A stretch of 64,000 nucleotides of DNA from Syncephalis fuscata S228 (Eukaryota; Fungi; Zoopagomycota). Of this stretch, positions 1 through 13,103 are shown in pieces. Positions within the stretch are counted from its first letter, which is position 1; each line of letters opens with the position of its first letter. The stretch covers positions 1 through 64,000 of the forward strand of contig JAHLTZ010000037.1 of NCBI GenBank assembly GCA_025786725.1, in the 5' to 3' direction. The translations under genes were made by a program, and so were the position numbers. The notes below the pieces were generated by a model that was given only the letters and a program-made list of their open reading frames with translations, made no database searches and was not told where the DNA came from.

Positions 1-820
1 CAGATTTATACAAAGCTATTTTTAACGTTTATACTGGTTATAAGCAACATAGATCATCTTTTTAAGTATTAAATGGATGATCTAATAATAAAATAGATTC
101 TAAAAATATAGCAATTTAGCAATAATAAGCAAGTGTATTTCAATACTCTTGTCATTATAGAATATATAATATTTAGTGTAGGACACACACAAAAGCCAAG
201 GAAGCGATTTGCTTGAGCCAAGTTGATGTTTCACTATGTACCCATCAGTTTACTTCCTACACATCACGTTGCCACAAATGAGTAAGCCTTGTAGTTTGTC
301 TAATGGAAGCTGTTTCTATTTTTATTTAATCCGTAAATGTGACGATACTTAAGTTTAAGAACGTGCATGTCACTATTATACGCAGCATACCGATAAAAAT
401 ACATCACATCGTAATGCCCAACGCCTTTGGTATTTGCTGTATCATGCCATCAAGCCATTGTGCATTAAGTACGATAACCAGAGTTCTATTTTCAGAAGAG
501 CCATTGGTGCCTGTACCCAGTGTCGAGCGATAAAAAAACACCCAGCTTATGCGCAAAGTTCGCGTTTATCATCATTTTTAACGGATTTTCGTCATAAAGA
601 ATATTCTTTTGACACACTCAAAATTTTCGGCCAAGTTTGTCACATAGTCACGTTTCTTTTCCAAAATATTGGCAATAATCTTGTTACACGTGCAAGCTCC
701 GTATGATGCCGATATACAAGCAAAATAAAATAAAAGAACGGCGTTTTTATACCGTTTTTACTTCAGTATTGCATTTCAGTTCTATCTCCGATTCACCACT
801 TACCTGCATCTTTTGTAACA

Positions 821-1306
821 ATGAAGGGCTTGTTCCAACAATCAATTTTTACACGTATTTCCGTGCTATTCTTTGTGCTCTTTGCACTCTTCCAGCATTC
901 GGTTGATGCCGCATATCCCGCTTGCAATTATCAAGCTCTCAGCGTTACTGCGCCCGCACAAGTAGCAGAAGGAAATAACACAATCGAATGGACCGTACGG
1001 GAGGATTTGCGCAACGCTTATTTTGTGTTTAATGTTGAGTTGTGGTCATCCTCAGGATCTGGTGGTCAGCCGGCCGTGCAACGTAAGGAAGTCAGCATAG
1101 GCCAGGCAAGAACTGGTGCCAACACTGGACCGGATGGCAAATACTCTCTTACTGGAAAAGTGCCAAAACAAACTCCTGGTCCAAAAACAACCTATTTTAT
1201 TGCGGTTTATGGTCACCAATACATTAATGGACCGGCGTTTACTTCGATCCACCCATGGGATCCCGTCTACTATGGTACCAAGGATGTAACACTTCAAAAA
1301 GCTTAA
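821..1306 (+). CDS. Small secreted protein of unknown function (paralog 1 of tandem pair)
   Basis: Intronless 161-aa ORF; hydrophobic signal peptide ending VDA; C-terminal two thirds align closely with the 1725..2216 ORF (VELWSxSSGxGGQP...AVYGxQYINGPAFTxIHPWDPxYYG). Confidence 0.85.
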   Translation: MKGLFQQSIFTRISVLFFVLFALFQHSVDAAYPACNYQALSVTAPAQVAEGNNTIEWTVREDLRNAYFVFNVELWSSSGSGGQPAVQRKEVSIGQARTGANTGPDGKYSLTGKVPKQTPGPKTTYFIAVYGHQYINGPAFTSIHPWDPVYYGTKDVTLQKA

Positions 1307-1724
1307 GGCTTTGATTGAAATTGAGGCAATTGACCGTAAAACAAAGCGAAATAAGATTTATACTGTTTTGAATAAACAACATATTCCTGTTGGTACAAAC
1401 AATCAAAACAAAATGATTAAAAGTGATAAAAAAAGTTAATTACTATATATTACTGTGCTGCTTTTTGTATCAACAAAATATGTAATGCTTATTTGTTTGT
1501 TATTAATATTATTGAGGAAACAATATTTCTAATGTGTTTAAAACTTAGCACGCTATATGGTGTGTAGTGTCTCTTCAGTAAAACTAATTGCTGCAGTTTT
1601 ATTTGTATCATAAAACTCATCAGCAACAAACATATAATAAAAACAATAGTTTGATACATTTTTACCAGCAAAGCGTATTCTAATTTTTACTATCGGTTTT
1701 CAAATAATACTTTTGCTTGTCAAT

Positions 1725-2216
1725 ATGAGGAGTGTACGTTATCAATTTGTTTTTGCGCGTGCTTTTGTAGTGTTTTTTGTGCTATCCACATTTGTTCAGC
1801 AGTTTATCGATGTTGTGAATGCTTTTTGCGAAAATAGTGTTATTGAAATCACCAATCCTAACCTTTTGGCAATGGGCACAAATGAAGTTGAATGGGTAGT
1901 ACCTGAAGAGTTGCGCAGTGCGTATATGATATTTGATGTCGAGCTATGGTCGATTTCATCAGGACCTGGTGGCCAACCAGGCGTAGAGCGTAAAGAAGCT
2001 AGCTTTGGCCAGGCAAAAACCGATACTAACTCTGACTCAAATGGCAGATACCATCTCATCGTGACTGTTCCACCTTTATTCCCTGGCCCAACTACTAGTT
2101 ATTTCTATGCAGTTTACGGACGCCAATACATCAATGGACCAGCATTCACTACGATACATCCATGGGATCCCATTTACTATGGTCTTAAACCTGTTCCTCT
2201 TGCTGCAAGGAGATAA
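1725..2216 (+). CDS. Small secreted protein of unknown function (paralog 2 of tandem pair)
   Basis: First in-frame ATG at 1725 (ORF track starts at TTG 1713); signal peptide ending VVNA; clear homology to 821..1306. Confidence 0.85.
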   Translation: MRSVRYQFVFARAFVVFFVLSTFVQQFIDVVNAFCENSVIEITNPNLLAMGTNEVEWVVPEELRSAYMIFDVELWSISSGPGGQPGVERKEASFGQAKTDTNSDSNGRYHLIVTVPPLFPGPTTSYFYAVYGRQYINGPAFTTIHPWDPIYYGLKPVPLAARR

Positions 2217-2510
2217 TTTTACAAGTTAGTCTTAAAATGTCGTCTAGCTATAATAGCTATCTAACTTGTTGAAATAAATCTAACAATTATGACGCACAAC
2301 ATTTCAATGAGCTTATTATTTGATAAAAATATACGTTACAAAGCTAAAACATCTTATTGTAGCTGTAAGCTATTTGATTCCAATTTTAAAAGATCAGCTG
2401 AAACATTAATGTGCAACTGATAAGCTATAAGTAATAGAAATGCAATTTGTTTATAAAACTGAATGAAAGAATGCGAAGACAAATACTAAATAAAATACAA
2501 AATCCTATTA

Positions 2511-4031
2511 CTAACGACTTCCCTCTTGCAAATAATAAGTCGGCGTTACGTTTGTTTCATAAGAACTATAACAACTAGAAGACTCCTGTGATGAGTGCGT
2601 TGATAATGGAACCGATCCAGATATCCACGAGCTAGCGTAGGATTCACGATATGATGGATTTGTTTGGACAGATGGTGCTTCTTCCATATCCATTACATAG
2701 TCTGCTATCGGTTCGGAAACATAAAATAAATCGTCTCGATGATAAAAAGCCAATGTGCGATGCTGTAGCATTTGTATATTACCTAGCTCTACCGCATGTG
2801 TACCCAAGCGGGCCTCAAGCGCGTTCATACGCTGAATAATTGTGCTTGGATGATTAGTACTAGTATTGGATGCAAGGGCGGTCCTTTGTGATGTAGTAAC
2901 ACGTGGTTGGTTTATATATAGCGGCGCTGTACTTCTGACGTGCTTTTTGGGCAGAATCCTAAATGGTGGAATAGCCACGCGTGCATTACTAGGTAGACGA
3001 TGAAGAATATTCTTGCGCAAAATATATCGCTGCATCAATCCCCATGGGCGAAGGCGGAAGTGTCCAAATAGAAAAACATAAAAAGCAAATAGTACAATGG
3101 CACTTATAACAATTCGTGTAATTAGATCGAGCCAGCGCATTTCTGGTCCATATTCGTGCACTTTGAACAGCCAGCCATCTTTACTAAACGCATTTTTGGG
3201 TATAATTCGAATACTAATCCCAGAAGTAATGCTACCAACCAAAGGAGAAACCGTCATAGAAAAGCTAACTCGTTCCTTAGCGTTGTTTGCACTTTTGAAT
3301 GTAGCCGATTTTCTGATTGCTTGCGTAAATGATACTGAATAGCTATTTCCCCAGCGAATATTTGCTTCAGTTATCGACGAAGCTTGGTCTATATCAGCCA
3401 ATGTAATATCAGATGATACACGCGGATTCATAATAAGTTTGATGTTTTCTTGGTTTAAAATGTCTGGAATACCGCTATTTCTGTTGGGTGTAATCAGCAA
3501 ATCAATGGCTGTAAGGACTGGCGATAGACTATTTTTATCGCTGCGGCCATAAGTCCAAATATAGTCTGGCGTTGTTCGTATTGCTGTAAGTGGCCGTGTA
3601 ACAAGTCTCAATCCATTTTTGGAATCATTATCCATCGTGGCGATATTCAATGGAAGTAATTGCTGGCGTCCTGTTGCATCTTCACGCACAAACTGCTTAC
3701 CCTCTTCGAAATAAACAATGGGATGCAAATTAGTATCGCTTGAAAATTGCCATCCAATTAATGAAACGTTGCTATTTTCTAGTAATGCTGTAGGTATGTA
3801 TAATGCTATTTCTGGAGCTATCAGCGGCCGCTCCTCGTAATATATACGCTCTGCGTATGTGTATATAAAATCGGTTACTTGATAGCAACCGTATGCAGCA
3901 AATGCACCTAGAAAAAGGGATATTGTCACAAAGCGTAGGATGATCAAAATCCGTGGCTCGTGTTCTTGCCCTATAAATGCAGGTAATCGTACTGCCGATA
4001 CACTATCGCCCCTAATGCTTTTCTCGCTCAT
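2511..4031 (-). CDS. Two-transmembrane protein with large central loop and LFGxxxLRPWG motif, unknown function
   Basis: Intronless 506-aa ORF; hydrophobic segments at about aa 28-50 and 303-323; FLFGHFRLRPWGLMQ follows TM2; short coiled coil (RMNALEARL) in the tail. Confidence 0.8.
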   Translation of the reverse strand: MSEKSIRGDSVSAVRLPAFIGQEHEPRILIILRFVTISLFLGAFAAYGCYQVTDFIYTYAERIYYEERPLIAPEIALYIPTALLENSNVSLIGWQFSSDTNLHPIVYFEEGKQFVREDATGRQQLLPLNIATMDNDSKNGLRLVTRPLTAIRTTPDYIWTYGRSDKNSLSPVLTAIDLLITPNRNSGIPDILNQENIKLIMNPRVSSDITLADIDQASSITEANIRWGNSYSVSFTQAIRKSATFKSANNAKERVSFSMTVSPLVGSITSGISIRIIPKNAFSKDGWLFKVHEYGPEMRWLDLITRIVISAIVLFAFYVFLFGHFRLRPWGLMQRYILRKNILHRLPSNARVAIPPFRILPKKHVRSTAPLYINQPRVTTSQRTALASNTSTNHPSTIIQRMNALEARLGTHAVELGNIQMLQHRTLAFYHRDDLFYVSEPIADYVMDMEEAPSVQTNPSYRESYASSWISGSVPLSTHSSQESSSCYSSYETNVTPTYYLQEGSR

Positions 4032-5877
4032 AGTAGCGAGTAATTTTAAAATACCAATAAAAATTAAAACGAAAGAAAAGTGAAATAAATGGAATCAAAA
4101 AATAGCTTCGTTGTATTGGGTATATATTCTCTGTTTTTTTCCTTGACCAAGAACAAAGAAGCTTTTAGATGTGATTTTACAGAAAAGTGAAAGAAGCTAG
4201 TACAGACAAAGTCTGAGCCTATGCGAACAAAGAAACACACAGTTGTACACACCTAGAAATTGCTACGAATAATACATATGGTGAATTGATCAAGGGCGCA
4301 AGTACAAAGGTGTCGTTTATAAGTTTTTTTTACACCAGTTTAATACTTGGCACGAGTTGTAGTCCGTTGGCCAACAAAATGTAAATCACACTATACAAAA
4401 AGTATTTAGCCAGTATCAACGTATAAACAATCAAATATATCTCCTATAATTAAAATTATAACTAATGCCACATGTAGCATGCCATCAAACCTACACCAAC
4501 TCTGCCAGTCACTTGGTAACTCAGCATCTCTATAATGTAGTTATTGAAGCATGATAGCTTTAAAAACCGATTATCTTACACAATTGATTAACTATATATC
4601 GGCACATTGTGTCCTAAACAGCAATAATGGTTCGATTATACATGGTTAAAGCCGCTACACGTTTGTCGCGTTTATGAAATGGTGCCCAGGTGCTTTTTAA
4701 GCTGTTTTGCCATTTGGTTAGTTTATTACAAAACCCCTTCAGTCTAATCCAGCAGTAAAGACTATAGCATCTTCTGGCTGATATTTCTCGGCAATAGCGC
4801 GCTTATACAGCCAATAATTAATAAAAAATAAAACAGCTATACCTTTGGTACTGTCTGCGCAATAGCTATTTATATACACAAGTCACGTTCAATATAATAA
4901 TAGACTTGAGACGTTGCTATCGTCTTGTGGCCAGGCTAAATATAACTGATCAGCAATTGACCTCAGAAAATTAGCTGTAACATATTTATTTCAATATGGA
5001 CTTGTACTTTGCATGCTATACTGTTGATGAAACAAAGGTGCTGGTGGTAAATGTATCAAAGTCAGGATGTTAACCGGAAATGCATGGATTGTCATGGTGC
5101 CAGGTCAGTCTTACCATCTGCACTATGCAGCATGCGCATCACACAGAATTCAGTTGCATGCGCAGCAGTACTGATGACTACCACAGAAAATTGCACGTGG
5201 ACGACATTTACCATACGATGCAGGTTGGCGCTTCATATCAAGATGCAGCTGGCTACCTTGTAAAAACCAACGTGTGTATATCATGATTCGACTCATCGCT
5301 GGCACCACTCCACTTGTAAAAATCACTTTCAAACTCTCTATCTACATCGGCTTTCTTTATGAAATACTTTCTAATAATAATTGCTTGGTAAAGTCTTATG
5401 TATATGTGCGAGTGGATGAACCTATTCTGCCATCGCTCGTAGCTTTGCTAAACAACAAGTCACATATTTGAATGTTTATACACTTACACTAATATTCAAA
5501 CGATTCCGCTAATCATTCTTTCAAGCTATCATTTTTACGTTAATTTTGTTTGTTACTTACCTATTTGCTGATATCGATTGTCGATTTCTCTCCTTTCAGT
5601 AATCGGGGACTAATACTTGCCTCGATATTTATTTGTTTCCAAGTGGTATGTTTATTTGTTGTTTTCCTATTTTTGTAACCAAGTTTAACGCTTTAACCTG
5701 TAGCGCGGTGCATTTCTAGCCATATACAATATACAGTCTACATCACATTATCTTTTGCTATTATTCAGTAAACTCATTCAGATACGATAGCAAGTTATAC
5801 ATTTATTTTTTTCTTTTCATACTTAGATTTATCTTCATTTATTATTTTACATCTATTACGCGACGGTATCGACTATC

Positions 5878-7879
5878 ATGATATCTAATTTGCTTTTTCT
5901 TCTTTTTTCTTTATTTTTTGCATATATTTACTTACAAAGACAGCATATAAACCAGCAGGGAAGATACAGCGCCACTAGATATCGTAGTCAGCGAAATTCA
6001 GTGTCATCAAAAGCGACAAAAATAAAGATAGTTGAAGATTTATCTGCTGTAAAACAAAGCAACAAGGCAGTACTAAACCTCAAGATCATACCGATTCGCG
6101 TCATACAAATGACTGGCAGCAGAAGCATCAATTAGAAAAAATGACAGTTGAAAACTCGACTACCGTCTCTTATAAACCTGCTTTTGATAAAATAGAAGTA
6201 TCAAGCCCACCAGGTAAAATTATAGCTAGAGTTTTGGTGCATCGTGGTTACATTAAAGGCTAATGGTTTATGTTTATAATTAGATGAATTTAAGGTTGAA
6301 AATGCAGCACCAAGACTCGGTTCTTTGAAACGCCAAAATAATAGATGGGCAAATCGACGAAGGCTTCGTTAATTGTTGCAACCAACATTAATGATGCCAA
6401 AACTACTCGGCAGAATAAATCGAATAATATGATAACGGCAAAGCTTTGTTGGGATAACAATGATTGCTCAAGCCTTCCTTTGAAGCTACAAGCAAATGAC
6501 TATAAAGTCGATCAACGATGCATTTTAATAGATAATGCAGTTACCATGCGTCAGCGCTTAGAAGTGCAGTCAAACGAGTCAGCAAATGATTGCTCTAATT
6601 TTAATCAGATTAAAATCAACAATCAAATTGCTGAAAGTATTCGACAAGTTATCGAGCTTGAACAGCAAATACATATTCATCAGGCTTGTTCGCCTTCAAG
6701 CAGTCCTAAAACGGTCGTTGAACCACTTGAATCAGCGTATTGCCATACATCATCCAAGTTTCAAACTCAATATAAACAAAAAATTCAGCATTCCTCCATC
6801 AGTAATGGCCAATCGTTTAAATTAGAACAAAGTAATAACGGCGATGCAACAGAGCTGAGTTCTTCGATCCTACAAGAGAAGAATCAATTAAAGGTAGGTT
6901 TTAACAAAAGTAATCGGAAATAATCATTAAACAAAGTGTTGTAATTATCATTTTATTATAGCGAAATTCGCTTATTCGCAGAAGCTCTATACGTAGCCCA
7001 AGACAAAACTCCTGGCGTAACTCTCGAACAAAGCATCCTTTTAGCGAATTTGCTACATTGGATAACATAATGGCCGAAGTTGCCGATGAAGAACAGCTGG
7101 CTAATAATGTTAGCCTACAAAACGATTGTAACTCAAATGCATTGCCATCGGTTGAGAACTCATTGACGGAATTATTTATTCTCGGTGCACGTAATGACCA
7201 TTATGAATATCAAACAGCCGTGATGCGTGAGGATAGTCAGTATATTTTACCATCGCCACGGCTATTCATGGATAGAAGAAAGGCGCAGCACTTATCGCTA
7301 AAGGCAACTGTCAAAGATCATAGTACAAATGATTATTTTCAAGCAAAAAGACGCCCGTTAACCTATCATCCAAGTAACAAATACAGCGACAATAGCGGTG
7401 ATGATGATGATGATGACAATCACCGATTTAATCGTTTATCATCAGTGGTTCAGCTACAAACACCATGTGATAGCGGTATTGCAAATATTCCTGTAACACC
7501 TACTACATCCAGATCTATTAGCTTTCCATTAACTTTGCCTACAAGTCCTATCGCTTCGCCTCGATCGGTTCATCGCGCGAATCTAATTAGCGCCGATGCT
7601 GGTACAATCAGGCCTTCGTCGCTATTTTACGACGATAGCGATAATGACGAGCCAAATCCAAGTAATGTGCAATCTGATGTACAGCTAAAAACTAAGATCA
7701 ATACTTTGTCTAATTCCAATGCTACTACAACTACAGCCGATCACGCAAATACAACTCATTTAAAGCATTCGAAGGTGGCCGCATACCTGCCCAGTATTGT
7801 ACATGGCCATTCCAGTCCTATACTATCTATGGAACCTAATTATATTATACTTAAGAAGAATACATCATACATTAATTAA
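5878..7879 (+). CDS. Multi-exon low-complexity (Ser/Asn/Pro-rich) hypothetical protein; 5' end uncertain
   Basis: GT-AG introns at 6214..6283 and 6894..6961; the second joins the 6345 and 7058 ORFs in frame; the 5' part needs frameshift corrections; no recognisable domain. Confidence 0.45.
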
Positions 7880-8384
7880 TTAAATATTTTTAATCAACAA
7901 TTGCTATTTATTTAATGATGCATCACCAATAGTGATTAATTTAACCTTATTTATTAACAATTAAATATTAAAAATCTATCTAAAAATATTACATTATCGT
8001 TACTATGATTAACACGCTCTACAATTTGCTAATTGGTAAGTAACTGAAAACCAAATACAGAATATTTGTATTTCATTTTTACTTTTTATTTTATGGGCAA
8101 TTAATTAATTTAACAGTCTTTTCTATTCTATTTAGTGTTCTTATAAATATATATCTAGTTAATATACAATTCTTGTCTTTTAAAAGCTAACATAATAGCA
8201 ACTAACTATATTTAATCAATTTATATATATGGACAATAGATAGACGTCAAACAAGTTAATTAATGCAAGATAATTATATTAAACGATATTTTTCAAAAAC
8301 AAATAAACATCACTATACGTCGGTATTGCGTAGAATGTTACAAAGAAAACAACAAAGCTATCTGTTCAACAGAGCTGGAAAAAT

Positions 8385-8401
8385 AGAGAGAGAGAGAGAG
8401 A
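8385..8401. repeat. (AG)n microsatellite
   Basis: agagagagagagagaga just 3' of the MIT gene stop. Confidence 0.9.
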
Positions 8402-8463
8402 TGAATGGATAGATAGAGAGACGATACGTGAATAGATAATGGTAAAGCGGCAATAATTCACGG

Positions 8464-11400
8464 CTAATCAATCATCCATTCGTGGATACGTTTCGCGTAT
8501 TTATCGTAAAGAGAACCAAGATCTCGCATTACAAAAGCACAGATCACACCGCGCATAAAATCGGATGCACGATGTAGTCGTTGTAGTGCGTGATCTCGAT
8601 CTTTACCTGAAGACCGTCCGGTATAGTAGCGTAGCCAGTGATCAAGTAGCTGACAAGCACGGAATAACTTGGTTAGCGCATCCATATATTCACCGGAATC
8701 ATCACTAAATGAAATAGATTACAATTGTTAAGGCTAAAAACAATAACTTTTCTTCTATCCAGCTTACACTTTATCTTTAGTCATATTAGCATGCATACGT
8801 TCCATTGATTTTAATCCCAAGCCTAGTGATTTTAAACCAAGACCCGATTGCTATAGAACATGGCAGCAAGTAAATAAAAGTACTTTATCATTAACGAAAT
8901 TATATTTACCTTGGGTCGCTTCGATTCTTTAATAAAATCAAGTTTACGTGCCAATTGATTCTGAATAGAATGTAATTCATCATCAAGTTCGTCCAATACC
9001 TATATATATTATTATTATTATTAAATAATATATAAAATAACGTTTGTTTCGTACAATACAGCGTTGTCAGAGTCTTCAAGATCAACGGCTGCCATTTTTT
9101 CTAAACGATCACGTAGTCGTTCACAGGCTTGTATCTTTGTGTCAAGTGCCGTCAATTTAACACCTTTAGTCATCCTAACACATCAATTACAAAAAGTATT
9201 AAGCATAATAGTAATAATAATAATAATAGTCAAAATATAGTTACCAAATACTACGAGGAATGTAAAGACGAGATGTTAGGTAGCCACCTGAAGTAATTGA
9301 TCGTTCAAAGCATCGCATCAGCCAAAATGATCGCAATTCAACCGCTTGAGGAGGTGTTTCTAATGCAATATTCTAAATACAAATTATTAATAATATCAAT
9401 AATAGTAATAATAATAGCTAATTACCGAATCTGGTTCCTCTCGCATAACATCAAACAAAGTAAAGTTGTTTGTAGCATTTTGATTAGTATTTGAAGAAAC
9501 AGAAAACTTGGCACGTGTTCCTTGGCCACCCGTAATAGTGTTACGTGTCGCTTGAAGTGCCGTTGTTAGTGAAGGTCTACCATGACTATGGGTACGTCGT
9601 GGTACAGCCGATGACGTGATAACAACACGGCGATTTGTTTCTTCAGAAGTGACACTACCACGCGTCGGTAACGTAGCAAAGTGTTGCGGTAAACGACCTG
9701 CACCACCCGCATTATCGGCTGATTGTTGGGCCATACGGTTCTTTCTACGACCAACAGCGATAGTATTAGCCAATAGTGATGTTGATGCAGTAGCTGTACT
9801 ATGTATTGAATTGGCTGGACTATGGCTCGGATAGAAGCCTAGAGTCTGTGCAGTGCTAGTGGCATTGGATGGTGGTGGTGACATAGTATTCATGTCATCA
9901 GGTGATTTACTTAATAGCTGAGGATCAATGTTATTACCGCTACTTTGTTTACGTCTATGGAATAGTTGAGCCAGTGATCGTTTTCGTTGTGGTCCACGTT
10001 CATAGGCCATTGGATCCAGTGATCCATCATCTTCATAACCATCATCTAGGCCATATTCATGGCGTGGCAGTTGTTGTTCACCATCTGTTTTAGCTGATGA
10101 AGTACTGGCTGATCGACTTAGTTGTAACTGTGAATATCCACTATTGATAGGTGATGGCGCAGAGGGAGCAGACTGTAGAACATTTAGTCGATTAGATTCT
10201 AATCCTGTTGTATTGCTGCCTGGTGGTGCTGGCGATGGTGATTGTAATTTACGTAATAGTTTTCCTTTAGTATCTGCGCCCATGTCAACACTGGGTCTTG
10301 ATTTACGTCCCCGTACCACTACAATCTCTGCTGAACTATCACGATGACTACTGCCAAGTTCATCAAACATAAATGGTGCTACATCGGCCAATGGCGGTCT
10401 AGTCATTTCATCAATCGGAACAATAACTGATGGTCGTCTAACTGCTGGCAACATTGGACGAATTTCACTTTCTGGTGCCAAATGAGTTGTCGTACTTTTA
10501 TCGTCTAATTGGTCAATATTAATTGTTGAATTACGATTAGAGACAGATTCAGGCATGGCATAAGCCAATGATGGTTCGGTATCGGCTCGAGCTCTTCCCT
10601 GTGTTTCTTCTTCTTCTGACTCCACGTCTTCATCAATATCGGGGATACTATCAAACCTTGGACTAGGACTACTATCTTTATACTGATTTGTGTGTTGACC
10701 AAATCGAGCTGGTGAACTTAATGGTGGCATAGGAGTAAGTGTATTCCCACTACTAGTACTATGTCCAGAATAGAACGTTTCAATCGAGGGATATGATAAT
10801 TTACGACGTTCATTTCTTGGATTGGTATTAATTGACGTTGTTGTTGTTGTTGTTGTTGTTGAAATAGTCAATAAACCCGCATTGTCTGGTGCCCCTAATA
10901 AAGATACATCATTTGATGACCGTGCTGCTCGTCCATAAGCAATACTTTGCAGTGAAGATGCCGTTCGATGTCCTTGTGATATACTACGTCCTTGTGAAGA
11001 GGAACGATGCGAGAAAGTACCAGATATTCTAGGACCGTAATCTGATGACGATAATGAATTTGATTCATTTCGAGTACCATTAGAATCAGCTAATAAATTT
11101 GAAGAGAAAGTAGAACGAGCAGATTCAGAACTGGACCGACGATGAGTACCAAGAACATCAACGCCACTTTCATTATTGTTCATATAAATAGAGGATAGCT
11201 CGTTATTGTTGCTATTATCAGTCCGTATTCTTCCATGGTTGTGGAATTCGTCAATACTAACTGGTGACGTTACAGCAATGCTACTATTGCTTAATGGACT
11301 ATTTACACTATCAATGGAACGTAGTGATGGTGTGCCCGATTTATTACGTCGATGAGCTGGCGAAAATGACCGCGATAATACACCAGCCGCTCTTGACGTA

Positions 11401-13103
11401 ACCGCACCGCCACTATGATTAATGCTCGCCGTTGAAGGTGGTCTGGCATTTGTACCTGATGAAATTGGTGCTAATGCTGGTTGTTGAATATTAAGTGTGG
11501 CACGCATCGTCTGCTTATTACGCGATGAAAGTCGAAATGGCATACCATCATCATTATTATTATTATTATTATTATTATTAGTATTATTGTTGTTGTTGTT
11601 GTTATTGCTATTATTAGATCCATTAGATGGCGATGGTGGTGCTTGATGCGATGCAGAATAATTAGACAGCATATGCCTCATAGATGCAGAGTCGTTGAGT
11701 GAAGGCATAGAACGTTGTTTTGATAAAGTAGTTTTTGGCAGTGGCTTTCTAGACAATAAATCGCTACTACCATTATTAGAATACGGCGATGAATGTACAT
11801 GGTGCGAATATGTATAAGAAGTAAAAGTAGCAGATGGATTGGTGCTATTCTCAGTATCTGTGTTATAAATGCCGTCTTGTGTTGTTGTTGTTGTTGTTGT
11901 TGTTGTTACACCTTGTGTAGGTATTGACGAGACCGATGAAGCACTGCGTGAATAAACCATACGAGCAGATTTAGAAGAAGATGTAAATGATGCATTGGTC
12001 GGCATGTCATAATGTGACGAGGATATACTATGACTAAGTGTAGGTCGAATAGGGGGTGGATAGTCTGGTGGTGGTGGTGGTGGTGAAGAAGCTCTACGTT
12101 CTCGAACCCGTGGTAATTGCGTTGGATGGAATGTCGAGACAGAAGAGTCGAGTGGCGATACACCTAACCGTGTATCATCTAATAAACTATGTGAATTAGA
12201 TATATTAAGACTGTTATCATCATCGCCACTAGTTATTATTTCACTCTTCTTAGAGAATACCATTGTAGTTGAATGGTAGGCTGAATCATTTGTATTAATC
12301 CTATTTGGTTTAGATGGTGGATACAACTCATTTGATGAGTATTGACTATCATCGTGACTATGTTGATTGCTAGTACTGGTACTATACCGAGATTCTGATA
12401 TCGATGAAGGCTGTGGTGATCGACGAGGGATTGGTGACCGGCTTGGTGAACGTAATGAATCCATAGAAGACACAAGATTATCTTGTTCTTTTTTTGGCTG
12501 TAATGTCAATGATGTCTATTAATTAATTAATTAATTAGTTAGTTAGTTAATTAGTTAGTTAGTTATTTTACGTAATTGTAATCTATTGAAATATGCTTAC
12601 TTGATGACTGGGTGTAGGACGATGGATAGAATGCGAATTAGATCCACTTATATATGGTGAACCAGAAGGTGTAGTAGGTGTATTTGGTGTAGTGGGCTGT
12701 TGTAACTGCTCCAATGCTGTAATACGTTCTTCATACGTTGTACGCTAATTATAACAGTATTCATTGGCATAATAGGAATTATCATATTGTTAGTGTATAG
12801 TTATTACATGTTAATGCTGCCTCAATAAACACTTACAATATCTCGTAGTCGCTGTACATCATGGACACCACTCATACGTTCCATGGCCATGCTAAGTAGG
12901 CGAACTGCGTCACGATAAGCCTCAAGTGCCGCATCAAGGTTCTGCGCACCATCCATTAGTACAGCCGTATTAGCACGTGCTCGAGCTGCTGCTAACATGG
13001 CTTGTGCCGTAGGTGGATGCGAAGGTGGACCCGGTACGGCGGCGACCGGCGACGCCGATGTAGACATGGCCGAAGAGACGGTGGTTGTTGGGCGATAAGT
13101 CAT
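8464..13103 (-). CDS. MIT-domain-containing protein (N-terminal MIT, long disordered middle, conserved helical C-terminal domain)
   Basis: Exon 1 AQAMLAAARARANTAVLMDGAQNLDAALEAYRDAVRLL...LRDI|RTTYEERI fits an MIT three-helix bundle; ~1000-aa S/T/N-rich exon; C-terminal exons RSFWLMRCFERSITSGGYLTSRLYIPRSIW...VICAFVMRDLGSLYDKY joined by GT-AG introns. Confidence 0.8.
12519..12563. repeat. (TTAA)n/(TTAG)n tetranucleotide run inside an intron of the MIT gene
   Basis: ttaattaattaattaattagttagttagttaattagttagttagt. Confidence 0.85.

Noticed and set aside
4997-5471. Overlapping short ORFs in a moderately GC-rich patch
   Set aside because: No motif, inconsistent frames; likely promoter/UTR of the flanking divergent genes.
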